Source: Prevotellaceae bacterium
GTDB lineage: Bacteria > Bacteroidota > Bacteroidia > Bacteroidales > Paludibacteraceae
DNA: 44,379 bases
Assembly: GCA_031270565.1 (NCBI GenBank)
Contig: JAISXJ010000119.1
Location: 1-44,379 of the forward strand
Reading direction: 5' to 3'
This document shows, in pieces, positions 29,136 to 38,735 of the stretch. The notes under the pieces were generated by a model. That model made no database searches. It was given only the letters and a program-made list of their open reading frames with translations, and was not told where the DNA came from. Position 1 is the stretch's first letter. Each line of letters begins with the position of its first letter. Position numbers and translations under genes: made by a program.

Positions 29136-29143
29136 CAAAGGTA
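29136..29143 (-). promoter_or_regulatory. -7 box (TACCTTTG) for the giant FN3 gene
   Basis: TAnnTTTG on the minus strand, 80 bp upstream of the start. Confidence 0.65.
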
Positions 29144-29409
29144 CAACTTGTTCACAGGCAAAAACCGGTTATCGGGCATACTGTGACATAATGATGGTAA
29201 AAATACCCACTAATCAGTAACCGGTTTCTACTAAATACTTATTTTGTGGTAACTGCACGAAAGCGTTTTTGGTTATGAAAACCAATAACTGACAACTGAA
29301 GATGTTCCGCAGGGATGGAATGTTGGGCTGATAGCGGTGCTTTTTTCGTCTTACAAGTCAAGTATTCCACAAGCATAACAGAGAGCTACACTTTTTTCCG
29401 TATGATAGT

Positions 29410-30654
29410 TTAATCGAAGTGCATCGCTTCAACGGGGGTGATTTTGGTTATAAACCACGTTGGAATAATCATCATAGCCAGCGAAAGCAGAAACGTTCCC
29501 GCATTGATGGCAAGCAGCAACCATGCATTTACCGATACGGGTACATAATTTACGTAGTAGAAAGAGGCATCCAGCGGGATGATATGAAAGAAATACTGCG
29601 CCAGTACGATGCCCACGCCGACGATATTACCCATCAGCATCCCCTTGCCCACCAAAAAGGATGCATGGTAAAGAAACATCCGGCGGATAGCCCAATTGGA
29701 TGCCCCTAATGCCTTGAGTATGCCGATAGTAGCCGTTCGTTCAAGAATGAGAATAAGCAGCCCCGATACCATCGTGAAACCCGCAACAATGAGCATCAGC
29801 ATCAAAATCACCCACGCATTAAGATCCAGACGGTCGAGCCATTCAAATATTTGTATGGCAATCTGCTTGATTGTGCGCGTCTGGTAAAGCTGTCCCTCGC
29901 TGTCGAAATGATTGCCAACAAGCTGATAGACTGCTGTCGCCGTGGCGTCAAGGCGGTCGAAGTCATCAATAAGAATTTCCAGTGTACTGATTTGGCTGCT
30001 GTCCCATTCGTTAAGCAGGGCAGCTATGCGCAGGTCGGCAAGGACAAAAAGGCGGTCATATTCGCTGAATGTGGTGGCATAAATGCCGTTAATCACCATC
30101 TTTCTGGCTCTAACAGTTTCCTGCATAAAATAACAGTTAAAACTGTCGCCAAGCGTCAAACCCAGTTTTTCGGCAACCGTTTGAGAAATTATTACGCCGT
30201 TGGAAGGAAGCGAATCGAAGGCGAGCGTATCTCCGGCAATGAGATTGCGCCGGAAAAAATTCCAGCGATAGCTATTGTCAATGCCTTTAATAACAATGGC
30301 ATGAAAAGCGCTGTCCGTCTTGATGATAGCAGGTTTGGTGATGATGCGCTGCAAAGCCGAGATATTCGGCAAGGCGGCTAAACGTTGCATCATCATATCC
30401 GACAGGACAATGGGCGGACGTTCATAGGAAGTCTGCGCCCCAAAAGCCGACACCTGAATATGCGAACCGAAGCCGATGACCTGACCGGCAACCTCCGTCT
30501 TGAAGCCCACAATCACCGAAACAGCTACAATCATCACAGCCAGCCCGACTGCCACCCCGACCGTTGCCACACGCACAGCAGGACGCGACACATTTCTTTT
30601 ACCCTCCTCAAAGGCAAAATGCAGACGCTTGGCAATGAAATAGTCGAGATTCAC
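29410..30654 (-). CDS. LolC/E (FtsX-like) family ABC transporter permease
   Basis: FIAKRL N-terminus, SVIVGFK, ILERTATIGILKALGA, YYVNYVPV, ITPVEAM. Confidence 0.9.
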   Translation of the reverse strand: MNLDYFIAKRLHFAFEEGKRNVSRPAVRVATVGVAVGLAVMIVAVSVIVGFKTEVAGQVIGFGSHIQVSAFGAQTSYERPPIVLSDMMMQRLAALPNISALQRIITKPAIIKTDSAFHAIVIKGIDNSYRWNFFRRNLIAGDTLAFDSLPSNGVIISQTVAEKLGLTLGDSFNCYFMQETVRARKMVINGIYATTFSEYDRLFVLADLRIAALLNEWDSSQISTLEILIDDFDRLDATATAVYQLVGNHFDSEGQLYQTRTIKQIAIQIFEWLDRLDLNAWVILMLMLIVAGFTMVSGLLILILERTATIGILKALGASNWAIRRMFLYHASFLVGKGMLMGNIVGVGIVLAQYFFHIIPLDASFYYVNYVPVSVNAWLLLAINAGTFLLSLAMMIIPTWFITKITPVEAMHFD

Positions 30655-30666
30655 GATGATATATTT

Positions 30667-31512
30667 TTAAATTATATGCTGTTCCGCCCGATACGACGAA
30701 CGCACCAAAGGAGCGCTCTCCACCTTTTTAAACCCTTTGTTCAGGGCAATCGTTTTGTATTCGGCAAAGGTATCGGGATGAATATAGGCTTCCACAGGGA
30801 GATGTTTTCGCGACGGTTGCAGATATTGCCCAATGGTGAGAATGGTGCAGCCTGCGGTACGCAGGTCGTCCATTGTTTGAAAAATTTCGGCTTCGGTTTC
30901 ACCCAGACCAAGCATTAATCCGCTTTTAGCCGGAATCCCCGAACGGGCAATATGAGCCAGCGTTTCCAGACTGACATCATATTTGGCGGCGCTGCGAACG
31001 GCAGGAGTCAAGCGGCGCACAGTCTCAATGTTGTGAGAGATGACCGCCGGTTTTACCTCAATAACTTTGTCTATCAATGTTCTATCTCCGCGAAAATCGG
31101 GAATAAGCGCTTCAACGGTTGTGGCAGGATTTACGCTGAAAATGGCTTCGATACATTTTGCCCAGTGTGCGGCGCCATAGTCGGGCAGGTCATCCCGCGC
31201 AACGGAAGTGATAACGGCGTGTTTCAGCGCAATCTGTTTGACCGACTCAGCTAACCGTTGCGGCTCATCGGGGTCCGGCGGCAGCGGGCGACCGGTAGCG
31301 GTGTTACAAAATTTGCAGGAACGGGTGCAGACATCGCCCAGAATCATAAACGTAGCCGTTCCGCGACTCCAACATTCCGCCATATTCGGGCAACGCCCCG
31401 ATGTGCAAATGGTGTGCAGACTGTAACATTTGAGAACGCTGCTGACCTGTGCAAAATGATTGTCGGCTCTCAAATCAATTTTGAGCCATTCGGGTTTTCT
31501 GACGTGAGCCAT
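30667..31512 (-). CDS. lipA: lipoyl synthase
   Basis: CTSGRCPNMAEC and CTRSCKFC cluster motifs, GQYLQP, VRSSY. Confidence 0.97.
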   Translation of the reverse strand: MAHVRKPEWLKIDLRADNHFAQVSSVLKCYSLHTICTSGRCPNMAECWSRGTATFMILGDVCTRSCKFCNTATGRPLPPDPDEPQRLAESVKQIALKHAVITSVARDDLPDYGAAHWAKCIEAIFSVNPATTVEALIPDFRGDRTLIDKVIEVKPAVISHNIETVRRLTPAVRSAAKYDVSLETLAHIARSGIPAKSGLMLGLGETEAEIFQTMDDLRTAGCTILTIGQYLQPSRKHLPVEAYIHPDTFAEYKTIALNKGFKKVESAPLVRSSYRAEQHII

Positions 31513-31564
31513 TTTTTATTATTTTATTTTCAGCACGACTATAAATACGTTTACGCCGGTGATA

Positions 31565-31910
31565 TTAACAGTATTTCCAATTTTTCAAAACAATTAACCA
31601 GTGTACCAATTGCGCCAAATGATAGAATCCGTAATGCGTACAAAACAAAATCATTTTTTCGCCAAAACGCATTTGTTTAAAATATTTCATCTCAAAATCA
31701 CGAAAAAGATAGGCGTATTGTTTCCGAATATGATAAGAATGTGTTTGAGTAATCAGTCCAACCTTACTTTTTGCTTTCGATTGCTCTATTAAAGCCAAGT
31801 ATTTGAGATAACTATTTTTGTCCTGAAGAAAACTGTCTAACAAATTCCAAAAGACAATAAGATTTTCAAAGTGTATTCCCCGTTTGGCATTCGTTATGGA
31901 ATGTGTATTT
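31565..31910 (-). pseudogene. probable 3' fragment of a glycosyltransferase-cluster gene
   Basis: AT-rich open frame (…NTHSITNAKRGIHFENLI…) that overlaps the GT4 3' end and has no good start. The N-x-x-SIT segment recalls GT2 C-terminal halves. Confidence 0.35.
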
Positions 31911-33080
31911 GTTTTTGTCGTATTGTCTAAGAGTCTCTTTATAAATCTCAAAAAGTCGTTTTCCTGTATATTCGAAAGAATAATCTTTATATGCCTGCTC
32001 GCTTATACGTTTTGATGGATATTTTTCAAAATTATCAAGCATTTCGTTCATTGCTTCTGCCAATTTTTCTGTATTTTTTATTGGTATTAAAATGCCGTTT
32101 TGTTTGTTTATCATTTCCGAAATACCGCCAACATCTGTTGCAACAACCGGCTTTCCAGCTGCCAGACTTTCCGAAATAACAACGGGGGCGTTTTCATAAT
32201 TTGAAAAAAGCACTGTAAAAGCACACCGATTTAGCCAGTGGTAAACATCCTGCGGCTTTTTTTCACCAAGAAAAAAAACATTTTTTTGCAGTGAGAGCTG
32301 TTCCGAAATGCTTCTTATATTTTCAAAGTCAACGCCATCCCCTATTAAAATCAATTTAAAATCATTTCTTTTTTGTAAAAGCATTTTTGTTGCCTGCAAA
32401 ATTCCGCTTATATTTTTTGCTTCATCGCTAAAACAGGATATATGCAAGATGGTTTTCGGCTCGTCTTTAAATGATATAAGAGATGGACTTGGCATAAAGA
32501 AAAAATCATCAACAACATTATTTACGACTTTATAATTCTTATTGACAATGCCTTTATTTTTCATTGCTTTTTCAAGTGATTTCGACACCGGAAGTATTGC
32601 CGCCGCTTTGCGTGCAACTAAAAATGTGACTATTTTTCTTAAAAAGCCATTGTAAGAATTGTTTTCGGGCAAATACCGTGACCAATGCTCAATAATTATG
32701 TATGGAATTTTCTGCGTTTTTTTCAAAATATATGCCAAAACACCGCTGCGTGTCAATACATTCACCTGTGTAATGTCCGGTTTCCCAAACGTGTTTTTGA
32801 CGGTTTTATAGCCTTTCAGAAAAGCGCGAAAGTAATTTACAGGATTCGCTATTTTTTTGAGTAATCTGTTGTGGACGGACGGAAAATAGACATAAACTTC
32901 TCTCACATTGCCAAAATGTTGCTCAATAATTTCAAAGCGTTTTATCTTTTCATCGCCTTTTGGAAACAGCACACACACCTCCGCATAGCGTGATACCGCT
33001 TCTGCGTGTTTTCGCACAAAAAGCCCCGCCATCGCATCGTTACGATGTGGATACCAAGCAGATAAAAAAAGTACGTTCAT
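31866..33080 (-). CDS. glycosyltransferase family 4 (GT-B)
   Basis: MNVLFLSAWYP, IIEHWS, KNISG, ENAPVVISESLAAGKPVVATDVGGI (EX7E motif); ATG at 33080. Confidence 0.92.
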   Translation of the reverse strand: MNVLFLSAWYPHRNDAMAGLFVRKHAEAVSRYAEVCVLFPKGDEKIKRFEIIEQHFGNVREVYVYFPSVHNRLLKKIANPVNYFRAFLKGYKTVKNTFGKPDITQVNVLTRSGVLAYILKKTQKIPYIIIEHWSRYLPENNSYNGFLRKIVTFLVARKAAAILPVSKSLEKAMKNKGIVNKNYKVVNNVVDDFFFMPSPSLISFKDEPKTILHISCFSDEAKNISGILQATKMLLQKRNDFKLILIGDGVDFENIRSISEQLSLQKNVFFLGEKKPQDVYHWLNRCAFTVLFSNYENAPVVISESLAAGKPVVATDVGGISEMINKQNGILIPIKNTEKLAEAMNEMLDNFEKYPSKRISEQAYKDYSFEYTGKRLFEIYKETLRQYDKNKYTFHNECQTGNTL

Positions 33081-33136
33081 CTGTTCATCAATAATGTGCG
33101 CTCCCTGCGGGAGTACACTGCCGATAACTTGCACAG

Positions 33137-33173
33137 CCAAACATTTTGCTGCCTGCGGCAGCAAAATGTTTGG
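33137..33173. repeat. 17-bp-arm perfect palindrome with a TGC loop
   Basis: CCAAACATTTTGCTGCC-TGC-GGCAGCAAAATGTTTGG. Confidence 0.9.
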
Positions 33174-33247
33174 TATTCGCTTACAAATACGTTATTATAC
33201 AGACTGTTTAGATAAAATACCTTACGTTTCGTATACTCAATACAGTT

Positions 33248-33787
33248 TTATTTGCGTTTGATTGTGTGTTTGAATTTCATTATGGCAAAATTCAATTCAA
33301 TGCTTGTTTCCGTATCCGATGTTTTCAAGTCGTCGCCCAGAATATCCGCAATGATTTCACCACCTTTTTGCATCAGCGATTTTTGTTTAAAATCTTCGGC
33401 TGTTTCGGACAACTCCGAAACGGTACGGGCAAGTTCCCGTATCTTGGCAAACGTTTCGACAATCGCAATGGTTGTTTGTGTTGCCGTTTCGCTTTTTAGG
33501 ATGGTGGCAAGCATATACAAGCCTTTTTCTGTGAACGCTTTGGGCAATGCCGGTGAAAATTTTATTTTGGGGTTATCGAAAATTTCGATAACCTCTTTTT
33601 TCTCATCCTTTGTCAGTTCCAATAGATACCCTTTCGGGAATTTATCGGGATTGTTTTTTACGGCTTCATTAATACGCATTGTTTCCACACCATACAATGC
33701 CGCAACATCGCTGTCAAGGATTACTTGTTGGTTGCGAATGGTCAAGATTTTTTCTTCAACTTGACTGAATTTTACGATTTCACTCAT
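33248..33787 (-). CDS. ORF6N domain DNA-binding protein
   Basis: IRNQQVILDSDVAALYGVET..INEAVKNNPDKFP, PKAFTEKGLYMLATILKS. Confidence 0.92.
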   Translation of the reverse strand: MSEIVKFSQVEEKILTIRNQQVILDSDVAALYGVETMRINEAVKNNPDKFPKGYLLELTKDEKKEVIEIFDNPKIKFSPALPKAFTEKGLYMLATILKSETATQTTIAIVETFAKIRELARTVSELSETAEDFKQKSLMQKGGEIIADILGDDLKTSDTETSIELNFAIMKFKHTIKRK

Positions 33788-33816
33788 TTTATTTTGTGTT
33801 TTATTTGTTCAATAAC

Positions 33817-33985
33817 GTTCAATAAATTTAGTCGTTTTGCGCAACTCAGCATAGTTGGCAGTGAATAGTTAATAACGAATAGTGAATAATATTTTTTTAG
33901 AGTTTAGAGTTTAGTTGTTTCTCAATTCTCAATTCGTAAAACTGAAAACTGAAAACTAATTCTGCTCTCGCTGCTTAAAACGTTC
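33817..33985 (+). repeat. split copy of the 74-bp element with a heptamer-repeat insert
   Basis: Left arm 33817-33855 and right arm 33961-33985 match 44141-44214. The centre is replaced by ~105 bp of GAATAGT/AGAGTTT/CTCAATT/AAAACTG repeats. Confidence 0.9.
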
Positions 33986-34039
33986 AGCAAAATGTTTGGT
34001 ATTCTGTAAATTCATTTACAGGTAAAAGAGACGAAACGA

Positions 34040-36163
34040 TTATTGCTCCAGCAGAATTTCCATAATGGTGCAGGCTGCACTTGCCACAGGCGAACCCGGT
34101 CCAAAAATTGCAGCCACACCGGCTTTGTAAAGGAAATCGTAATCCTGAGCGGGGATAACGCCGCCTGCAATGACGATGATATCTTCGCGTCCCAGTTTTT
34201 TCAGTTCGTCAATCACCTGCGGCACAAGCGTTTTGTGTCCTGCGGCAAGCGACGAAACGCCCAGCACATGCACATCGTTCTCAATGGCTTGTCTGGCAGC
34301 TTCGGCAGGCGTCTGGAAAAGCGGTCCCATATCCACGTCAAACCCGCAATCGGCATAACCCGTTGCCACTACCTTTGCGCCTCTGTCGTGTCCGTCCTGC
34401 CCCATTTTGGCAATCATAATACGCGGCTGACGCCCTTCTTTTTGTGCAAATTCCGCCGTCAACTGACAAGCCTTCTGGAAAGTTGCATCATTTTTTGTTC
34501 CTGCACTATACACGCCTGAAATTGTTCTAATTGTTGCACTGTATCTGCCTGCAACTGTTTCGCAGGCATTGGAAATTTCACCTAATGTTGCTCTCAGGCG
34601 AGCTGCTTCTACTGCCAGTTCGAGCAGATTACCTTTGCCTGTTTTCGCACATTCGGTAATGACATCAAGAGCGCGTTTCACGGCGGCATTGTCGCGGGTT
34701 GCCTTGAGCTGGTCGAGCCGCTCAATCTGCTGCTTGCGCACAGCCGTGTTGTCCACTTCGAGGATGTCAATAGGATCTTCGTGGTCGAGGCGGTATTTGT
34801 TGACGCCAACAATGACCTGTTCGCCCGAGTCGATACGCGCCTGAGTACGCGCAGCCGCCTCTTCGATACGCATTTTAGGAATACCAGTTTCGATGGCGGC
34901 AGCCATACCTCCGAGTTTTTCAACCTCCTCAATGTGCGACCACGCCTTTTCCGCTAACTCAGCGGTAAGCGCTTCAACATAATAAGAACCTGCCCACGGG
35001 TCAATTTCGCGGCAAATTTGAGTCTCTTCCTGAATGTATATCTGTGTATTTCGTGCGATACGCGCCGAAAAATCGGTCGGCAACGCAATTGCTTCATCCA
35101 GTGCGTTGGTATGCAGCGACTGCGTATGTCCCAGTGCTGCGCCCAGCGCTTCGATGCACGTCCGCCCGACATTGTTGAACGGATCCTGCTCCGTCAACGA
35201 CCAGCCGGAAGTCTGGCAATGGGTACGCAACGCAAGTGATTTCTCGTTTTTCGGGTTAAACTGTTTCACAATCTTTGCCCACAGCATACGAGCAGCACGC
35301 ATCTTGGCAATTTCCATAAAATGATTCATCCCGATTGCCCAAAAGAACGACAGACGCGGAGCGAATGAATCAATATCCATACCCGCATTTACACCGGCGC
35401 GAAGATATTCCAAGCCATCGGCTAAGGTGTATGCCAACTCAATGTCGGCAGTAGCGCCCGCTTCCTGCATGTGATAACCCGAAATGGAAATGGAGTTGAA
35501 TTTGGGCATATATTTCGAGGTGTACTCGAAAATATCGGCAATGATTTTCATAGAGAATTTGGGCGGATAGATATAGGTATTGCGCACCATAAATTCTTTA
35601 AGGATGTCATTTTGGATGGTTCCTGCCATCTCTTCGAGCTTTGCACCCTGTTCCAGTCCGGCATTAATGTAAAATGCCAGAACAGGCAACACAGCGCCGT
35701 TCATAGTCATTGACACCGACATTTTGTTGAGTGGAATGCCGTCAAAAAGCACTTTCATATCCTCTACCGAACAGATGGATACGCCTGCCTTACCCACGTC
35801 GCCTACTACGCGCTCATGGTCGGCGTCATAGCCGCGATGCGTGGCAAGGTCGAAGGCTACCGACAATCCTTTTTGTCCCGAAGCAAGGTTGCGCCTGTAG
35901 AACGCATTCGATTCTTCGGCGGTAGAAAAACCCGCATACTGACGAATTGTCCATGAACGCATCGCATACATGCCGGAATAGGGTCCGCGTAAAAATGGCG
36001 GAAGTCCTGAGGCATAATTGAGATGTTCCAGACCATCCAAATCCTCTTCGGAATAGACGGATTTTACGGGAATTTGTTCCGGTGTGAGCCAAGTTTGGCT
36101 TGTGTTTTCCACTTTGGAGGGCTGAACCTCACGAATGGTAATCTTGTTAAAATCAGGTCTCAT
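34040..36163 (-). CDS. scpA: methylmalonyl-CoA mutase, large (catalytic) subunit
   Basis: [24 protein letters not shown]12-binding GQDGHDRG and SSLAAGH. Confidence 0.97.
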   Translation of the reverse strand: MRPDFNKITIREVQPSKVENTSQTWLTPEQIPVKSVYSEEDLDGLEHLNYASGLPPFLRGPYSGMYAMRSWTIRQYAGFSTAEESNAFYRRNLASGQKGLSVAFDLATHRGYDADHERVVGDVGKAGVSICSVEDMKVLFDGIPLNKMSVSMTMNGAVLPVLAFYINAGLEQGAKLEEMAGTIQNDILKEFMVRNTYIYPPKFSMKIIADIFEYTSKYMPKFNSISISGYHMQEAGATADIELAYTLADGLEYLRAGVNAGMDIDSFAPRLSFFWAIGMNHFMEIAKMRAARMLWAKIVKQFNPKNEKSLALRTHCQTSGWSLTEQDPFNNVGRTCIEALGAALGHTQSLHTNALDEAIALPTDFSARIARNTQIYIQEETQICREIDPWAGSYYVEALTAELAEKAWSHIEEVEKLGGMAAAIETGIPKMRIEEAAARTQARIDSGEQVIVGVNKYRLDHEDPIDILEVDNTAVRKQQIERLDQLKATRDNAAVKRALDVITECAKTGKGNLLELAVEAARLRATLGEISNACETVAGRYSATIRTISGVYSAGTKNDATFQKACQLTAEFAQKEGRQPRIMIAKMGQDGHDRGAKVVATGYADCGFDVDMGPLFQTPAEAARQAIENDVHVLGVSSLAAGHKTLVPQVIDELKKLGREDIIVIAGGVIPAQDYDFLYKAGVAAIFGPGSPVASAACTIMEILLEQ

Positions 36164-36382
36164 TTTTTTGCTTTATTTTTTCTTTAAAATGTTTTGTATT
36201 CTTAGTCTTCAAAATCTTCCGGTAAAAAAGTATATACATAACACCGTATCATAACCTTCTTTGGTTTCTGCATAATACTTTTCATTATAAAGATTTTGCT
36301 TCATTGCCCAGATAATCGTAAGAAACATTCCTATTTTTCCACCAATGAATAGTACATCATTACTGCAAAAATGACTGTTATT

Positions 36383-38233
36383 TCATATCCCTATTTTGCT
36401 GTTAAACCCTTTCAGGGTATCCAGCACATTGACTTTGACATTAATAAAATGTTCTATTCCAACGGCTTTCAGAGCATCGGCACATTCGGGAGCGCCGGCA
36501 ACGACAAACAGCTGCTTACCTCCGATAACCTTGTAAGCGGCAGGAGCAAGTTCGGCATATTCGTCATCCGAAGAACAGAGTACAATAATATCGGCATCAG
36601 CCTTTTGCGCTGCCGCAACACCCTCTTCTACTGTCGAGAAGCCAAGATTATCTATCACTTCATAGCCGGCACAGGCAAAGAAGTTACACGAGAACTGCGC
36701 CCGCGCCAGCCGCATTGCCAGATTGCCGATGGTCAGCATAAAGGCTTTTGGACGTTTGGCGGCGTGTTCCGTGGCAAAGCGCAAGGCTTCAAACTCCTGA
36801 GCAGCCCGCACGTGAGGCAGCGTGTCAAGACCGGCTTCGACGGAGCAGGCACAAGCGCTCTCTGGCGTCAGCTTTTGACTTGCCGTTTCAGAGAAATTGG
36901 GATACTGATTCGTACCAAGCAACACTTCACGGCGCGAAGAAACATCCCTCAGACGTTTGGCAGCGGAAGCCTGCATATCTTTCTGTACGGCGCCGGTTGT
37001 TACAAGGGCAAACAGTCCGCCCTGATTTTCGATGTCAAGGAATCGCGCCCATGCTTTGGCAGCGATGCTGTCCGTCAGGGTTTCAATATAATATGACCCT
37101 GCGCTGACATCGGTGATTTTGTCTAAATGGGTTTCTTCCTTTAGCAGCAACTGCTGATTACGGGCGATACGTTCCGAAAACTCGTTACTTTCTTTGAAAA
37201 CAGCATCAAAGGGTAGCACCGTCAATGAATCGACCCCTGCAATGGAGGCGCTCATTGCTTCGGTTTGTGTGCGCAACATATTCACATGAGCATCGAATAT
37301 GGTTTTGTTGAAGCGCGATGTTTCGGCGTGTATGACCATTTTTGCCGCGTTCAAATCTTCCGGCTTGTAAGCCTCTACAATTTTTGCCCACAGCAGACGT
37401 GCTGCGCGGAACTTGGCAATTTCCATAAAATAGTTACCGCCAATACCAAAATTAAATTTGAGCGCTTTTGCAGCGTCATCGACGGGGAAACCTGCTTCTG
37501 TGAGCCACGTTAAATATTGTGTTCCCCAAGCCAGTGCATAGCCCAGTTCTTGAGCACAATACGCACCAGCATTGTTGATGCTTACAGGGTTGATGCCGAT
37601 TACGCGGTAGTTCGGCAATGCTTTGCCGGCTTGGGCTACAGCGACGATAATCTCTTTGACGGCAACTTCATCAAGCGCTTTGCCTTTGAGAAGCATACGG
37701 TTGACCGGATCGCAGTTGATGGAGCCACGCAAAGTGGCGATGTCGTATTTCTGCGCCTTAAAATAGTTCAACAAAAGGGTTACCAGCGCTTCGCTTTTGG
37801 TGATACAAACTTCAAAATTCAACTCAACGCAATCGGCTTGAATGTTGTTGAGCAGGATTTTCAGGGAATCATCGGTGAGGGCTGTCTCGCCCAGTTGAAA
37901 GCCCAGCGAATCGACGCCTTTGTTTAACGAATCCAATGCCTTACGGTTTGCTTCCCCGACGTCGGAGACAGTAATATTCTGGCGTACAAACCATACATTG
38001 TCTGTTTTTGTGCCGCGCACATACGGGAAAACTCCCGGCGCCGACCCGATACTGGCTAATCCTTTCAAATCTGCAGCGCGATAGAAGGGCATCACATCGA
38101 ATCCTTCATGCGTTTTCCATACAAGTTTCTTTTGGAAATCAGCTCCCTTGAGGTCGGCAGTAATTTTTGCCATCCACTCATCTGTACTAACAGCCGGAAA
38201 ATCTGCCGACACGGATAATTTTTTTTCTGACAT
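36383..38233 (-). CDS. mutA: methylmalonyl-CoA mutase small subunit
   Basis: DLKGADFQKKLVW, YFMEIAKFRAAR, RIARNQQLLLKEE, CSSDDEY; lacks DxHxxG; ATG at 38233. Confidence 0.93.
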   Translation of the reverse strand: MSEKKLSVSADFPAVSTDEWMAKITADLKGADFQKKLVWKTHEGFDVMPFYRAADLKGLASIGSAPGVFPYVRGTKTDNVWFVRQNITVSDVGEANRKALDSLNKGVDSLGFQLGETALTDDSLKILLNNIQADCVELNFEVCITKSEALVTLLLNYFKAQKYDIATLRGSINCDPVNRMLLKGKALDEVAVKEIIVAVAQAGKALPNYRVIGINPVSINNAGAYCAQELGYALAWGTQYLTWLTEAGFPVDDAAKALKFNFGIGGNYFMEIAKFRAARLLWAKIVEAYKPEDLNAAKMVIHAETSRFNKTIFDAHVNMLRTQTEAMSASIAGVDSLTVLPFDAVFKESNEFSERIARNQQLLLKEETHLDKITDVSAGSYYIETLTDSIAAKAWARFLDIENQGGLFALVTTGAVQKDMQASAAKRLRDVSSRREVLLGTNQYPNFSETASQKLTPESACACSVEAGLDTLPHVRAAQEFEALRFATEHAAKRPKAFMLTIGNLAMRLARAQFSCNFFACAGYEVIDNLGFSTVEEGVAAAQKADADIIVLCSSDDEYAELAPAAYKVIGGKQLFVVAGAPECADALKAVGIEHFINVKVNVLDTLKGFNSKIGI

Positions 38234-38280
38234 AAAAAAGGTGGTTATTATATTTAAGATAATTTGTAAGTTAAAATCTT

Positions 38281-38402
38281 GGGGGCTGCTAAAAATTAGA
38301 TTTTTCAAGGCTTGCCATTGAGGTAAAAGCGGAGTTTACTAACGTAAATGAGCATTTTACCGAAAGAGCGTAACGCAGAAAAAGCAATTTTTAGAAGTTT
38401 CC
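38281..38402. mobile_element. ~120-bp MITE-like palindromic element in the mutA leader
   Basis: Terminal inverted repeats with core CTAAAAATT / AATTTTTAG; internal GGTAAAA..GTTTAC-TAAC-GTAAAT..TTTTACC hairpin. Confidence 0.6.
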
Positions 38403-38454
38403 TCTTGTTTTTTAGGTTGTAGAATCACTAATATTTTTTTAAATTTAATGGGGG

Positions 38455-38462
38455 CAAAGGTA
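38455..38462 (-). promoter_or_regulatory. -7 box (TACCTTTG) for the mutase operon
   Basis: TAnnTTTG on the minus strand. Confidence 0.65.
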
Positions 38463-38469
38463 CACCTTT

Positions 38470-38690
38470 TTTTAGTTATTAGAGTGTAGTTATTAGTTAT
38501 TAGCGAATAATTAATAGTGAACAATGTTTTTTTGGGGCTTTTATTTCTCTGTGTGTTCTCTGTATAACTCCGTGCAATAAGAAACTTGGCAACTCTCGCT
38601 GCTGAATTTCACAGAGGTTTCACAGAGATTTGTCCCTGCGGAATAACATTATTCACTAAAAACTACACTCTACTAACTAAAAACTAAAAA
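38470..38690. repeat. nested inverted arrays of short degenerate repeats
   Basis: TAGAGTGTAGTT/AACTACACTCTA and TAGTGAACAATG/CATTATTCACTA pairs enclose CTCTGTG/CACAGAG repeats. Confidence 0.75.
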
Positions 38691-38714
38691 AGCCCCCATT
38701 GCCGGAGGCTTTTT
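38686..38714 (-). terminator. intrinsic terminator after the FISUMP gene
   Basis: Minus strand reads AAAAAGCCTCC-GGCAAT-GGGGGCTTTTTT. Confidence 0.75.
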
Positions 38715-38735
38715 ACTTTGTCTGGGCGAAAGCTC

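Noticed and set aside
31543-33193. 9-bp direct repeat AAATACGTT around the GT4 insert as a target-site duplication
   Set aside because: Short and AT-rich, so plausible by chance.
254-33787. Prophage suggested by the KilA-N and ORF6N genes
   Set aside because: The genes are isolated, 32 kb apart among housekeeping genes, and no structural, terminase or integrase genes are present.
38234-38450. Cobalamin riboswitch upstream of the B12-dependent mutase
   Set aside because: No recognisable B12-box or GGGAA...GCCACTG pattern. The structure looks like a TIR-bounded element instead.
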